A stretch of 64,000 nt of DNA from Mobula hypostoma (Eukaryota), in NCBI RefSeq assembly GCF_963921235.1, contig NC_086119.1:16182001-16246000 (forward strand), given 5' to 3'. The notes under the pieces were generated by a model, which saw only the letters and a list, made by a program, of their open reading frames with translations, searched no databases and was not told where the DNA came from. Positions 48,611-62,400 of the stretch are shown one piece after another. The translations under genes and the position numbers were made by a program. How positions within the stretch are numbered: position 1 is the stretch's first letter; each line of letters starts with the position of its first letter.

Positions 48611-49870
48611 TAATAAGGTTACTATGGACTGGCCCCAGCCTCATCTACAGCCATGGAGCCACAGAGAGGTACAGCCCAGAAACAGGCCCTTCGGTCCATC
48701 GAGTCTCTGCCCACCATCAACCACCCATTTATAATAATCCTACATTAATCCCCCACATACCTATCAGCTCCTCCCCGGATTTTACAACTGACCTGCACAC
48801 TGGGGGCAATTGATAACGGCCACTTAACCTATCAACCCACAGGTCTTTGAAATGTGAGAGGAGATCACATGGACGTAAGGAGAGCATGCAAACTGCACAC
48901 AGACAGCATCCATGGGCAGGATTGAGCACAGCTCTCTGGCATTGTGAAGTGAGGCTGAGGCTCAACTCACTGCACCTCTTCCCACAATCAGTTCCTGTGT
49001 TGCAGACTGGTACACTCCCCCCAACCTCTCGTCCACTTTTTACTTCCCCCACCCCACCCCCATAATGACAGACCCATCAGCCAGTTAGGTGTTTCCGAAT
49101 GAAGCTGCTCTCTTAGACCATGAGACACAGGTAGAGTTAGGCCACTCTGCCCAGTGAGTCCGCTCCGTCATTCCATCACAACTGACTTATTTCCCTTCTC
49201 AACACCATTCTCCTGTCTTCTCCCTGTAACCTTTGACGCCCTGACTAATCAAAAACCTATCAACCTCTCTGCCTTAACGAATTGGCCTGCTCGGCCGCCT
49301 GTGGCAATGAATTCCACAGATTCACCGCCCCTGGCTCAAGAAATTCCTCCTCATCTGTGTCCTACATGGATGTCCCTCTAATCTGAGGCTGTGCTCTCTG
49401 GTCCTAGACTCTCCCACTACAGGAAACATCCTCTCCACACCCACTCTACCGTGGCCTTTCAACCCCCCTCTTCTTCCGACACCCTGCTCTGGATCTTTTC
49501 ATCTCTAATTGCCGATGAGATTATCAACAGTCTCAACCTTAGCACTGTCAACTCCTATTCGAAGCTTAGGCCTTTAAAGGCACTTCCCTCCACTCTCTCC
49601 GCACGAGTCCAACCTTACCATCAAACCAACGAACAGGGGCGGGGGGGGGGTGCTGGTGTCACCTGGCAGACTGACCTTGACCTCACATCAAGCCAGATAC
49701 CCAACCATGAAAAAGTGAGCAAAGCTCATGAAATCATTCGACAACAAGAATCTGTCAGAGAAAGAATGCAGCTATATTGCCCAATAAGTTACAAGATCCG
49801 GTCAAATTACAGTTTTGTACAGTTTTCCTAAATGAAACTTTGTAGTATTAAAATTCAACATTCCTCTTAC

Positions 49871-49887
49871 CTTGCTTTTAACCATAA
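49871..49887 (-). CDS. TAPBPL: 17-nt cytoplasmic micro-exon, (V)MVKSK
   Basis: ccctttgttttgcag|TTATGGTTAAAAGCAAG|gtaaga; phase 1-0 bridges the TM exon and the KKPY exon. Confidence 0.72.
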
Positions 49888-51498
49888 CTGCAAAACAAAG
49901 GGTAGAGAGTCGTTAGAATTCACATTAGCACACGCACATCATACAGTCAACTTAACACAAGAGATTCTGCAGATCCTGAGCAACACACACAAAATGCTGG
50001 AAAAGAATCAGCAGGTCAGGCAGCATCCATGGAGGGATGCTGAGAAACATCCAGGGATGTGCTGGGACACAGCATCAGTGAAGTAACATAGGGTCATCAG
50101 GTGTTTCGGGTCTTTGAACATCAGACCCCCTCGTCCAGGCGACCCAGCCAGGGTTGATCAGGCCCGGCTTGTGCCCCAGCAGCATTGGTCCACAGGTCAC
50201 ACCTCTTGACCCACAGCCATCTGGGGCTCGCTCAGCAGCCTCAGTGACAGGTCTTGATGGCTTTTTCCCTGCAGACCCTGTAATTCCAGGGAGAGAGTAG
50301 GTTCTGCACAGCGAGCAGACAGCAACACCTCTACACCCCACCTCTGTAGGCTCGCATCGTGCCCTCCACCCCTGTCTCTGGCACTACTATACCAGCTCCT
50401 GGTATTTGTAAATAAATATTCAATGCTTCTGGCTGAGACCCTCTTTCTGGGTCTCTCTGTCCTGATCAAAGACGCTTTGTCCTGATGAAAGGTCTTGACC
50501 TGAAACATCGACTGTTTAATTCCCTGCCAGACTTGCTGAGTTTCTCCAGCATTTGGTGTGTGGTTGATACAGTGAACTGACACATTTTCCACGCTGACAT
50601 CGCTCAAAACTCATTTTCGTTTCCTTTTTTGAAAGTGAATCAGAACGTCACAAACGCTTGGGTGCTCTTCTCTGAGGATTAGTTGGATTTGTCACGTGCA
50701 CATTGAAACACAGAGTGAAATGCATCGCTTGTGTGCTCTGGGCAGCCTGCAAGTGTCTCCACGCTCCTGGAGCCAACGGAGCACCCCCACAGTTTACTAA
50801 CCCTAACTCGTACGTCTTTGGAACGTGGGAAGAAATGAAGCACCCAGAGGAAACCCACATGGTATTGGGGAGAATGTACATACTTACAGACAGCGGCAGG
50901 AAGCGAGCCCTGACTGGTCATCGCTAGCGCTGTACAGCAATTGCGCTGCTACGCCTCCACGTTAGAAGTGCAAACACACTGGTTATTACTAAACATCAGA
51001 TACAGTCGTCTTGCTCAGAGCAACCCCCAGGCCAGGTCCATCAGAACGGCTAACCCTGCTGGGGTGACAGGGGCTCTCTGTGTTACCAGCTCAGCTCTGA
51101 GCTTTATCTTTGTCTTTCTCTAGCTGAGCCCGTCTCATGCAGAGCTTCAGTTCCTGGTGGGGTCCGCTAGCTTGGGTCAGAACAGGTTAGACCAGTCCTT
51201 TATATGGCTGTGGACCTAGTGTCATGTTCAACCAGACTGGATCACTGCAGCTGGTCTTACCCTGAGGGTTCCAGAATACATCCAGTTAACCAGGCACAAC
51301 AGTGGGCTTGGAACCCACCCCCTTTACCCAGCCAGTACCTTACCACTGTATCAAAGCACCATCCGCACTTTTGGGCTCAGAAATCCCGTGACAAGTCATT
51401 CTTGCAAAACCTCATCTCAGAAATGTATGAAAGTTCTGATTTGTCACCTTAACCTGACTCATTCTGTCTGCAGTTCAATGGTGAAGATGGCCACAGAC

Positions 51499-51579
51499 CA
51501 GGGGTTCCCAACCTCGGGCCCACAGGCCCCCTCGCTTCATGGTAGGGGTCCATGGCATAAGGAAGGTTGGGAACCCCTA
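51499..51579. mobile_element. 81-bp hAT-type MITE (same family as 18972-19051, opposite orientation)
   Basis: TIRs caggggttcccaacct/aggttgggaaccccta; degenerate 8-bp TSD ccacagac/ccatagag. Confidence 0.75.
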
Positions 51580-51634
51580 CCATAGAGCACAGAACAGTAC
51601 AGCACAGGATCAGACCACCCCCTACAGCTCACGA

Positions 51635-52040
51635 TAGAACACAGAACATAGAATAGTACAGTACAGTAAGGCCCTTCGGCCCACAATGTTGTGCCAACCC
51701 TCAAACCCTGCCTCCCATATAACCCCCCACCTTAAATTCCTCCATATACCTGTCTAGTAGTCTCTTAAACTTCACTAGTGTACCTGCCTCCACCACTGAC
51801 TCAGGCAGTGCATTCCACGCACCAACCACTCTCTGAGTAAAAAACCTTCCTCTAATATCCCCCTTGAACTTCCCACCCCTTACCTTAAAGCCATGTCCTC
51901 TTGTATTGAGCAGTGGTGCCCTGGGGAAGAGGTGCTGGCTATCCACTCTATCTATTCCTCTTATTATCTTGTACACCTCTATCATGTCTCCTCTCATCCT
52001 CCTTCTCTCCAAAGAGTAAAGCCCTAGCTCCCTTAATCTC
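51635..52040 (-). mobile_element. CR1 LINE 3' fragment
   Basis: LRELGLYSLERRRMRGDMIEVYKII..FFTQRVVGAWNALP. Confidence 0.88.
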
Positions 52041-55023
52041 TGGTCGATGTTGTGAATTAAATTAGTAATCAAATACCTAACTATACTAATCCCTTCTGCC
52101 CACACACAGTGTCTAAATCAGTCCATTTCCTGCCCATTCGTGTGTCTATCTAAGAGCCTCGTGAATACTCCTATTGCATTTGCCTCCCCCATCACCCCCG
52201 GCAACGCATTCTGGGCACCTGCCACCCTCTGCGTAAAGAACTTGCCCCACACATCTCCCATGGGGGCAGCACAGTCGCATGGCAGTTAGCGTAGCAGACT
52301 ACAGTGCCATCTGTAGGATCGGGGTTCCATTCCCAATGCTATCTGTCAGGAGTTTGCAGGCTCTCCTTGTGGGTTTCCCCCAGGTTCTCCATTTTCCTCT
52401 CTCGTTCCAAAAACGTACGAGTTTGGGTCATTGTGGGCAGGCTAAGTTGGCGCTGGAAGCATGGCTCGCAGGCTGCCCCCCAGCACATCTTGGACTGTGT
52501 TGGTCATTGCCACAAACAACGCATTTCACTGTATGTTTCAGTGTTTTGTCATACAACTTACTGGCAGTTCTCAAAACAAGGAATACAACTAAATACCTTA
52601 TCTGTTAAAAAACAAACACGGTAAACCATCACTGCGAACAGTGGAGAGGTAAGCAAAGGCCCGGCTCGGTCGAGGATTGAAGTGAAATGAAGTGCAGACA
52701 CTGGTAAACACAGTTACACACCCAGTTACAAAGCATTCAAATATGGAGATGGAATAATTGCACATTCTATCAAGAATGAAAATTCCTGCAAAAATAGGGG
52801 TAAGAAAATGGCAGTGTAGTGTACTAATTGTGAAAGGAGAAAAAGTAAAGTTGTTAAAACAAAAGAAAATCTTGTCTTTGTTGTTTGAACGTTATCAGCT
52901 TGAACTTTGCTTGACAAATAAAACTAATCTAATCATTTGAATTTACCCTCTCTCACCTAAATACATGCTCTCTGGTATTAAACATTTCAACCCTGGGAAA
53001 AAGATACTGACTGTCTACTCTTGGCTGTCTGACTTCCACCAGACTCCAATAATCCTGCTTGTAAGAAATAGCGAATTTCTCTGACAGCGAATCTTGACAG
53101 GCTGTCTGTCCAACGAGATCTATAAACTCATAGCATCGTAACAGCTTGTTCAAAGCTCAAGCTGTGAATCATTTATGCTTCAATTGAGGCTGTTTGCTCT
53201 ATCCCATCGGGGCCTGTAGTGATGTCTGTATTTGTGAAACAAAACAGCATGGATTCTTTCAAAAGGAAATTAGGCAAATATGTGAATGAAAAAAAAATGC
53301 ACTGGTAGAGATCCTGGAAGACAGAGAGAGGGCAATAGACCGGGAGAAAACATCAGCTTTGACCAGTTACAGCATTTATTCCTCTGCTCTATGTTTCAGA
53401 GGCATTTAAGACGGATACTGCTGGGTAATCAAAACTGACCAACGCATCACTGGCGCCAGCCCACCTGCCATCAAGGATCTATGCACAGAAAGGTGCTGGC
53501 AAAAAGGCCAGCAACGTCATGAAGGCTCCCACCCACCAAGGTGCACCTATCTTTTGCTGCGAGTGCACAAAGGAATTTAAACTGCGCACCAAACCTTGTC
53601 CCCCTCTACCTCGTTGGCACGCCAAGTATAATTCACGATCGTACTCAGTCACATTTCCTTTTCCGGTTTCTAACGCGGATGGTGTTGACCACGTTGAGTT
53701 TGCGATGATTTGCCTGCAGATTTTAGAACTGGCTTATTTATACTGTTCTTATTGAAGAAATTATCCCATGCGCACATGTTGTTGTCACTGGGCAAAAAAA
53801 TTGCACAGCGTAAGATTTTTGCACACAGCGGTCATTACAAATTAGAGGCCACCCACCCTGCTTACCCCACTCCCATATACGTAGCAACCACCTGACTCAA
53901 AACCAGTTACTTTCCCCAAGCAGTAAGGCTGATCAACACCTCCACCCACTAACCCACTTTATCATCTCCTGTCAGACACCCTATGTACAGACACTCTGGG
54001 CCTAGCGTCACTCTATAAGGACACACAATCAATTTAAGTATATAAGCTATCTTATACATTTATATTTGTTTTTTATTATTCTACTCTTTTTCTTATTGTG
54101 TGTTTTTTTGCACTGCACTGTATCCGGAGTAGCAATTATTTTGTTTACACTTGTGTACTGGAAGTGACACTTGAACAATCTTGAATCTTGACATGAATGG
54201 GCAGAGAGTGGAGGGATATAGACCACGTGCAGGCAGATGGGGTAGGTTTAAACTGGCATCGTGGTTGGCACAGGCACTGTGGGCCACAAGGCCTGTTCCA
54301 AAGCAGTACTGTTCGAAGTTCCACTTTATTCAATAACTTCTTTACACTGGAACAATTCTCCAAATTAAGCACTTAGACAAGAACAAAAGAAATCAGAGCC
54401 GGAGTAGACATTCCCACATTCAGTCTGATCTGGTCTGGTCACTGGCTTTACCCCCGCCTGTTCCCCAAACCGAGGATTCCTCTCATAGTCAAACCATCTC
54501 AGCCTCGAACACACTCAATGACTCAGACCACTGGGTAAAGAATGGCAAAGTTTCACCACCCTCTTTGAGAGAAGAATCCCCTTCTTCTCATGCTTATATC
54601 TGAAATCTAGACTCTACCGTCAAAGGAATCAGCAACCCATCAAAGTTCAAAGTAAATTTATTATTAAAGTACGTCTGCTACCCTGAGATTCATCGTTTTG
54701 CAAGCATTCACAGTAGAACAAATAATTACAACAAAATCAATGAAAAACCAAGCACAAAGACTGACAAACAACCAATGTGTAAGAGAAGACAAGACGTGCA
54801 AATAGAAAATAATAAATAAATAGATAGATACTGAGAACATGAAGCCCCCTCAGAACTGTATATGTTCCCTTGAGATCACTTCATCTCTGCCAGCAGTTCC
54901 TAGGACCATGATGACATCGAACTGGTCTTTTAGAAAGGTTATACAATCGTGGAGCTGAAATCAGGTCCTCAAGAGATGGGCTCACCTCCTAACAGCAGAG
55001 AACACAAAACAGCGAGCACTCAC

Positions 55024-55116
55024 CTTTGTTCAAGTAGATTAGGAAGACGATCAGAAGAACACATAAGAATAGGAAGAATGCCAACAATACAAAGGACTGT
55101 TCTATCTCGACTTGTG
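55024..55116 (-). CDS. TAPBPL: Tapasin-family transmembrane exon, (A)QVEIEQSFVLLAFFLFLCVLLIVFLIYLNK
   Basis: ttttctcttgtctcttcag| and |gtgagt, 93 nt, phase 1-1; ~21-residue hydrophobic stretch directly after the C1 exon. Confidence 0.88.
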
Positions 55117-55664
55117 CTGAAGAGACAAGAGAAAATACTGAGCATGATTGCTTTAAGATTTCTGCCACACATTACTGCGAAGATTAGAACGATGGTGATG
55201 AGTTTCCATTCTGCTCTTGTTAAGTCTTATCCCTCACATCTGCATCACCAGAAACTAATAGTTCTTCATTCATTTGCAACCACATCCGTTTTCTCATTAC
55301 TTAATCAGGTGTGCACCCGATCCAAATACCCGCTGAGACAAGTGTCTGCTCACCTCTGTATTAGAGTGGCATCCACATTGAAGCTTCACTGGTTTCTGTT
55401 TCCCAGGTCACTTACGTTAATATACTGTGACTGATCCAAGCCTCACTGACAGACCAAAAGACTACAAGACATAGGAGCAGAATCAGCCCATCAAGTCTGC
55501 TCTGCCATTCCATCACGGCTGATTTATCACCCCCCTCAACCCCATTCTCCAGTGCTCTCACCGTAGGTGCCCTGACTAATCAAGACCCTATCAACCTCCA
55601 CTTTAAATATACACCAATCTGAGAAGTGATCGGCCTGATGTTTTCAATAATAATAATAATAATA

Positions 55665-56015
55665 CTATTCTATGGGTGGCGGGGCGGAGATACGTCTCCT
55701 CCTTCCTTCTGCAAGCCCGCATGTCACCCTTGGGCAAAGTGTAGCACCTGCTTAGCCTCCCCAGTCGGGGTCACGTGAAACATGGGAGCCGGTGTTGGAT
55801 GGCTGTATGAGCAGCTGGTGCACATCACAAGTCCTGGTAATGCGACCACTGACGAGCTCTGAAGAGTACTGATAATGGCTGGGATTACCTGAATTCTAAA
55901 GACACTGCCCAGATAAAGGCAATGGCAAACCACTTCTGTGGAAAATTTTGCCAAGAACAATCTTGGTCAAGGAAAGACCATGATCGCCCACGTCATACGA
56001 CACGGCGCATAACAA
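55665..56015 (+). mobile_element. SINE-like repeat with an RTE-type tail, in the intron between the C1 and TM exons
   Basis: aaggcaatggcaaaccact..catgatcgcccacgtcatacgacacggc resembles RTE/ART2A-type 3' tails (recalled). Confidence 0.45.
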
Positions 56016-56075
56016 ATGAATAATCCACATGGAACTCCAATGTATCTTCATCAGTGAAGTCTGCCCACTGCTTAC

Positions 56076-56402
56076 CTTCCACGTTCACGTGGACATAACG
56101 TTTAATCGGCTTCTTCAAGCCGACATGGTCAACCAGGCAAATGTACGTGGCACCATTGTCTCTGAGGGAGGCGGTGAACCTGAAGTAACCCGTCACATTG
56201 TAAGTGCCATCTCTGTTGGGCTTATGCGATGAAAAGACAGTGTTGGGTATGTAGACGGGTAGGAGGTGCTCCTGGCCCTGATGCCGCTGCCATTTCATCG
56301 TCACGTCAAGTGGGTAAAACAACTCTGCATCACATGTCAGCTTCTGCTCGTCCCCTTCCCTCAGGGAGAGAGTACTGTGGCTTAGGGAAACCAAGGGAGG
56401 CT
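56076..56402 (-). CDS. TAPBPL: Tapasin-family IgC1-domain exon
   Basis: ttgcag| and |gtaag, 327 nt, phase 1-1; EPPLVSL..LTCDAELFYPLDV..W..SSHKPNRDGTY..GATYICLVDH, like TAPBPR YYPLDV/GATYTCQVTH. Confidence 0.9.
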
Positions 56403-56469
56403 CTGCAAAGGGAACAGCCAAATATTCTGTCAGAAGAGGGCACAACACCCGGGTGGATGCTCACAAAAA

Positions 56470-56825
56470 AAAGCTGAAAATGCTGGAAACACTCAGCAAG
56501 TCAGCCAGCATCTGTGGAGAGAGAAACTGAATTAATGTTTCAGGTCAATGACTTTTCATCAGAACTGTGAATAGTTAGAGACAGGCAAGCCTTAGGCTGC
56601 AGAGAGTTGGTGGGGAAACAGGGAACAACCCTGAAGGCTGGAGAGACTTTAATGACAAAAAAAGCTGGTGGAAATGGGATAAAGGCATAAAGGCTCTTTC
56701 TGACAAAGGGTCTTCAACTTACAACATTCACTCTGTTTCTCTCTCCGCAGATGCTACCTGACCTGCTGAATGTTTCCAGCATTCCCTGGCTTTATTTCAG
56801 ATTTTCAGCATCTGCAGTGCTTTCA
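56470..56825. mobile_element. Degraded palindromic Penelope-derived element
   Basis: inverted arms aatgctggaaacactcagc / ctgctgaatgtttccagcatt. Confidence 0.65.
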
Positions 56826-57159
56826 TTTTCAAACAAATTTTGGGTCTAGAGTTGGTGAAACTGACGATAGCAATATCTTTATCAGGAAACCGTTGAACTT
56901 AATCTTGAGGGTGTTGGGCTCCAGTGTGCCGAGTTAAAAGACGAGGCACCTTTGACTTTATATTCAACATGAGCAGAGGTGTGCAGGAAACCAAGAACAG
57001 AGGGGATACTGGAATCATAATTAAAGTGACATAGTGGTCAGAAGTTAGGAGTTAGGCACAGGCTGAACAATGATGGTCTACATCTCCAAAGTGTCTTGCT
57101 TGCTTCCCTAGTGTAGAGGAGAATGTGTTGTGAGCACTAAAAGCAGAATACTGAACCAT

Positions 57160-58515
57160 AGGTACAAGTAAATGGATAGACATGGACTGATTAAGGATAG
57201 TCCAGCATGACTTCGTGAGTGGTAGGTCATGTCTAGCCAATCTCATGGAGTTTTTCGAGGAAGTTACCAGGAAAGTTGATGAAGTCGAGGCAGTGGATCT
57301 TGTCTGCATAGACTTTAGAAAGGCATTTGACAAGGTCCCGCATGGGAAGCTGGTCAAGATGGTTCAGTAGCTTGGCATCCAAGATGAGGTAGTAAATTGG
57401 AATAGACATTGGCTTTGAGGGAGAAGCCAGAGTGGTGGTAGAGGGTTGCCTCTCTGACTGGAGGCCTGGGACTAGTGGTGTGCCGCAGGGATCGGTGCTG
57501 GGTCCATTGTTGTTTGTCATCAATTTCAATGTTCTGGATAATAACGTGGTTAATTGGATCAGCAAACTTGTGGAAGACACCAAGACTGGGGGAGTCGGGG
57601 ACAGTGAGGAAGGCTATCATAGTTTGCAGAGGGATCTGTATCAGCTGGAAAAATGGCAGATGGAACTTAATGCAGACAAGTGTGGGGTTTTGCAATTCGG
57701 TCGGACCAACCGGGTTAGGTCTTAAAGAGTGTACGGTAGGGCACTGATGAGTGCCATAGGACAAACAGATCTGGGAATACCTGTCCATTAATCATTCACA
57801 GTGGCTTCACAGGCAGATAGGGTCCTGAACAAAGCTTTTGGCACATTGGCCTTCATAAGTCAATGCACTGAGTACAGGAAATGGGATATTATGTTGAAGT
57901 TGTATAATATATTAGTGAGGCTGAATTTGGAGTATTGTGTACAGTTTTGGTCACCTACCTACAGGAAGGATGCAAACAAGGTTGAAAGAGTACAGAGAAA
58001 ATTTACAAGGATGTTGCTGGGTCTGGAGGACCTGTGTTATAAGGTAAGACTGAAGAGGATAGGACTGTATTCTTTAGGACATAGAATATTGAAAGGAGAT
58101 TTGATACAGGTATACAAAATTATGAGGGGTATGTTATTATGTTTATTATATTATATTTATTATATTAAAATTATGTTCTATGTTCTATATAGATAGGGTA
58201 AATACAAGCAAGCTTTTTCCACTGAGGTTGTGTGGGACTACAACCAGAGGTTATGGGTGGAGGGTGAGAGGTGAGGTTTAAGGGGAATATGTGGAAACTT
58301 CTTCACTCAGAGAGTCGTGAGAGTGAGGAATGAGCTGCCAGCACAAGTGGTGCATGCAAGCTCAATATCAATGTTTGAGAGAAATTTGGACAGTTACATG
58401 GCTGGTAGGGGCATGGAGGGCTTTGGTCCCAGTGCAGGTCGAGGGGAGTAGGCAGTTTAAATGGTTTTGGCATGGACTCGATGGGCTGAAGGGCCTGTTT
58501 CTGTGCTGTACTTGT
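57160..58515 (+). mobile_element. CR1 LINE 3' fragment with RT remnant
   Basis: KAFDKVPHG, SGVPQGSVLGPLLF, LVRLNLEYCVQFWSP. Confidence 0.88.
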
Positions 58516-59417
58516 CTATGACTTCATGACTCTAAATCACCTGGAGAGAGTGCTGGAGGACCTAGATCAGAAGATTGGGAAGTAAGGACAAATGGCATTT
58601 TTACTGATTGCATTGGTCACTTTCATACCTGTAAGCCGCACTGGCTCACTGTCACCTCTACCCACCAAGACTCTAACACTGTTGATAGACCCTTGGAAGC
58701 TGAGAGCTTTAAGGCCTTCCTGATAGAGGATAGAAGTGTATAGGGACCGTACATCCATAGCGATTAGGGCCAAGGAACTGAAAATGGTTGAAGAGATCTA
58801 GAACATGTTGATAGTCCTGTCAGCTATGGTAGGGGGAGAAAGGAAAATCTCAGCATCACAGCATACTCATTAGGGACTTTGAAGAGACGTCCTGATAGAC
58901 ACATGAATGTGAGGGATATGGACACTGTGTAGGCTGAAGAGATTAGTTTAGTTGACCATTTGATTACTAACTTAATAATTGGTTCGGCAGGACATTGTGA
59001 GCAGAAGGGTTTGTTCCTGCATTGTACTGTTCTGTGTTCTGTATGATGGAGAGGCAGAAACTGGGAGAACGGGACATGGTCCTTACAGCATGCAGGATGT
59101 ACTATAGCTATGGGAGTAAGAGGGCTTATAAAGTAGCTTGCCTATCTACTGAGGTGACAAAAGAAAGGGAAGAGTCAGATAAAGACCATGATATTTTTGA
59201 CTTCTAAATGAATGAAGCAGTCACCAACTGTTAAGGAAAAGGTCCTGAGTCAGGCTGGAGAAAGTGATATTTCTTTCACATATGCAAGAACATGACCAGC
59301 ATGGTTTAGGCCTTCTGCTTCTTTCTAGACAACAGAGCTAACCAGTTCCCCTCCACCACCACCCACCACCATCTTCCGCCTCACCTAGTTGCACCTATCA
59401 CCTTCCATCATGTACTC

Positions 59418-62400
59418 TAGTGGTCGCCAACCGGTCAATCGTGATCGACCGGTCGATCTTTGAGACCTTCCCAGTAGATCCCAGAAAAAAATGAAAAATA
59501 AATACACAAACACATTATGCCTGATAAACCTTTTGATGCAAAAGCAAATTTTACCCCTAGAGCACATATGTGAGTCATATGTAGTAACTTCTAGTTTGCA
59601 AAAGGACCACTCGACAACTTCATGTCCCAAGGAACAACTTTATCTGGGACGGCAAAACCAATGCAGCGGAGGGGCTTATACACACACGCGCAGATTAGAC
59701 CGGAAGTAAAACCCCGCAATCCCGGAAACAACCTCTGTTTATAAACAGCTTTCCGTAGCGGGAGTATTGCTATATTACCATTATCCTAATTGGTATTAAC
59801 TTATCTTTATAATGCTCACATTACAACACCTTTAATTCTAAGTTTCATTATTTAATTTTATTTCAACACGAAAAATAAATGAATAAAAATTGACTGTTGC
59901 ACTTAGTGTGATGGCTGGGGCTGAATACTTTCTGCTAGTTCCCTGAAATTTGGCTCATAACTACAGACAGCCAATCCGAGAGTCTGTGCGGTGTCTGTCA
60001 GTAAGACAGCTCCTGTACTTAGATTTAATAATTTTCATCTGTGAAAATGCAATTTCACACAGATAAGTTGACCTGAAGTAGGCACTGACTTTTAGTGTAC
60101 ATGTGGTGAATCACCGTCCCTTGATCTTGCTTTAAGCTCGATGTCATTTTGCAAATCAATTATTTCCAATTCAATATCACTTGGCACACCAAATACTTGC
60201 TGGAATTTGGCTGCTATCTGTTCTATATCGATCGACAGAAATGGGTTTGAAAAAAATGCAGCAATATCTTTCATGATGTTTGACTCCCCAAACCGCTGAT
60301 CAAATTCTATTGCCAGTTTGTCTAGGTAAGCATAGTACTGCTCAGGGTGAAAAACATTTTTTTTTTCCTTGATGGCCTATAACAGTTTCTCCAAGTTGGG
60401 AAAGTGTCTCAGCCTCCCGTTCTTTAAATTTGAAATCCAAACACCGAGCTTGGCCTAAAACGCATTTACTGCGCTTATCATGTGGGGCAGGTGTCGGTCT
60501 TTTCCGATGAGCTTGCAGTTTAAGTGCGTTTAATTTAGCCGTTCCGTTAGGTTTGTCAGAAACCCTAAATCCAGTAGCCACGCATCATCTGACAGTTTCT
60601 CGTGCTCCTTGTTTCTTTATTTCAGGCAGCAAGTCAACAAACCGTTGCAGCACAGTGCCCTCACAAACCTCCTGACAGACTGAATATTCGAATGGACAGT
60701 TTCCTTTGTTAGACTGAATGTTCAATCTGCCACGTTTTTCAGGTGTTTTGTATTGGTAAACTGTTACTGAGACACTAGTATAAGTTTCAGGGGTACGCAA
60801 GCTAATGACACCACTGTTTTTTGTTTCCCAGTTCTTTTACATTTGGGGAATGCTGGAATTTAAAGGGGGAGAAATGTTGTAATGTGATCATTATAAAGAT
60901 AATACCAATTAGGATAATGGTAATATATTAATACTCCCGCTACGGAAAGCTGTTTGTAAACAGAGGTTGTTTCCGGGGTCGCGGGGTTTTACTTCCGGTC
61001 TAATCTGCGCGTGTGTCTATAAGCCCCTCCGCCACATTGGTTTTGCCGTCCCAGATAAAGTTGTTCCTTTGGACATGAAGTTGTCAAGTGGTCCTTTTTC
61101 AAAGTAGAAGTTACTACAAAGGGTATGAAGTATTGTAATATTCTTAAAGAAAGACAGCTATGGCCTGTTTGATATGCTAGTTATAGAGTTTTCTTGGTTG
61201 AATTAATTTGAAAGTTTGACAAAAGCATTTTATGTAATTCAAATACAATTAGCCCAAATAAAAGGCCTCAAGTTGGAAGTACAATCCGAGTTGTTTTTTC
61301 TCTAAACGATTTAGTAGGTAGATCTTGCCTTTCACTAATGCTGAGGTAGGGGATCTTGGGCTTAAAAAAGTTGGTGACCCTGATAACAACCTACAAAGTT
61401 ACATAAATAATATTGACAACCCATGGGTGAGATGGACTCTTAAAATATGGAAAACTATTATAAAAGAATATAAACTAGTGAGAGACATTGCAATTCTTAA
61501 ATGGTGTGCATATGACTTGGATTTTATGCTGAATAAACTGGATGCTAGACTTAAGGCCTGGACAGCTAAAGGAATAACAGCTATTTGCAATATAATGAAA
61601 GAAGAAACATTGTTCAGTTTTGAAATGCTCAAAGAGAAACACTTATTAGAAAAACAAGACTTTTACCGGTATTTACAGATGCGACAGTATGTTAATAGGA
61701 GGGTTAAAAATGTAACCCAGGCAAGTACATGTCTGATAGAGCTACTTAGAAAAGCTTATAATTCAGACAACGGTAGTAGAAAAATTTCAAGTGTGTATAA
61801 GGGTTTGTCAAATCTTAAAACAAATTCGACTTCATATTAAAAAATGAGAGAAGGAAGGAGGGATAATAATATCTGAGGAAGACTGGACAATAATATGGAG
61901 GTACCAATGGAAGTGTACCAGTTCACAGAAATGGAGGGAGTTCGGGTGGGAAAACTTGATATTTTATTACTCACTCTCAGAAATCCCATTATGATATTAA
62001 CCCCCCCCCCCCCCCGTTTGCTGGAGAAATTGTGGAAATCAAAATGCAAACCATTATCATATTTTCTGGGAATGCCCCGTTATCAAAGACTATTGGAGTG
62101 TGATCCATAATGCCCTACAAGACATCTTCAAATGTGAAATACCCTTAGAGAGTAAGACCATATATTTTGGGTACATACCTCAAGAATGGTTGAAAAGAGA
62201 TAAATATTTAATGAATGTACTGCTGGTGGCTGGTAAAAAGACCCTTACTGTACCAGGAAATGGTTATCACAGGAGAGCCCAACTTTAAATGTATGGATGG
62301 AAATTACAATGGACATTTACAAAATGGAGAAGATAACAGCATCTGTTAATCATAAATTGGAACAATTCTATTCATACTGGAAAAAATGGTTTAACTACAT

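Noticed and set aside
55140-55225. Hydrophobic minus-strand stretch WKLITIVLIFAVM as the tapasin-like TM
   Set aside because: No fitting splice sites; 55024-55116 has canonical sites, the correct phase and a longer hydrophobic segment.
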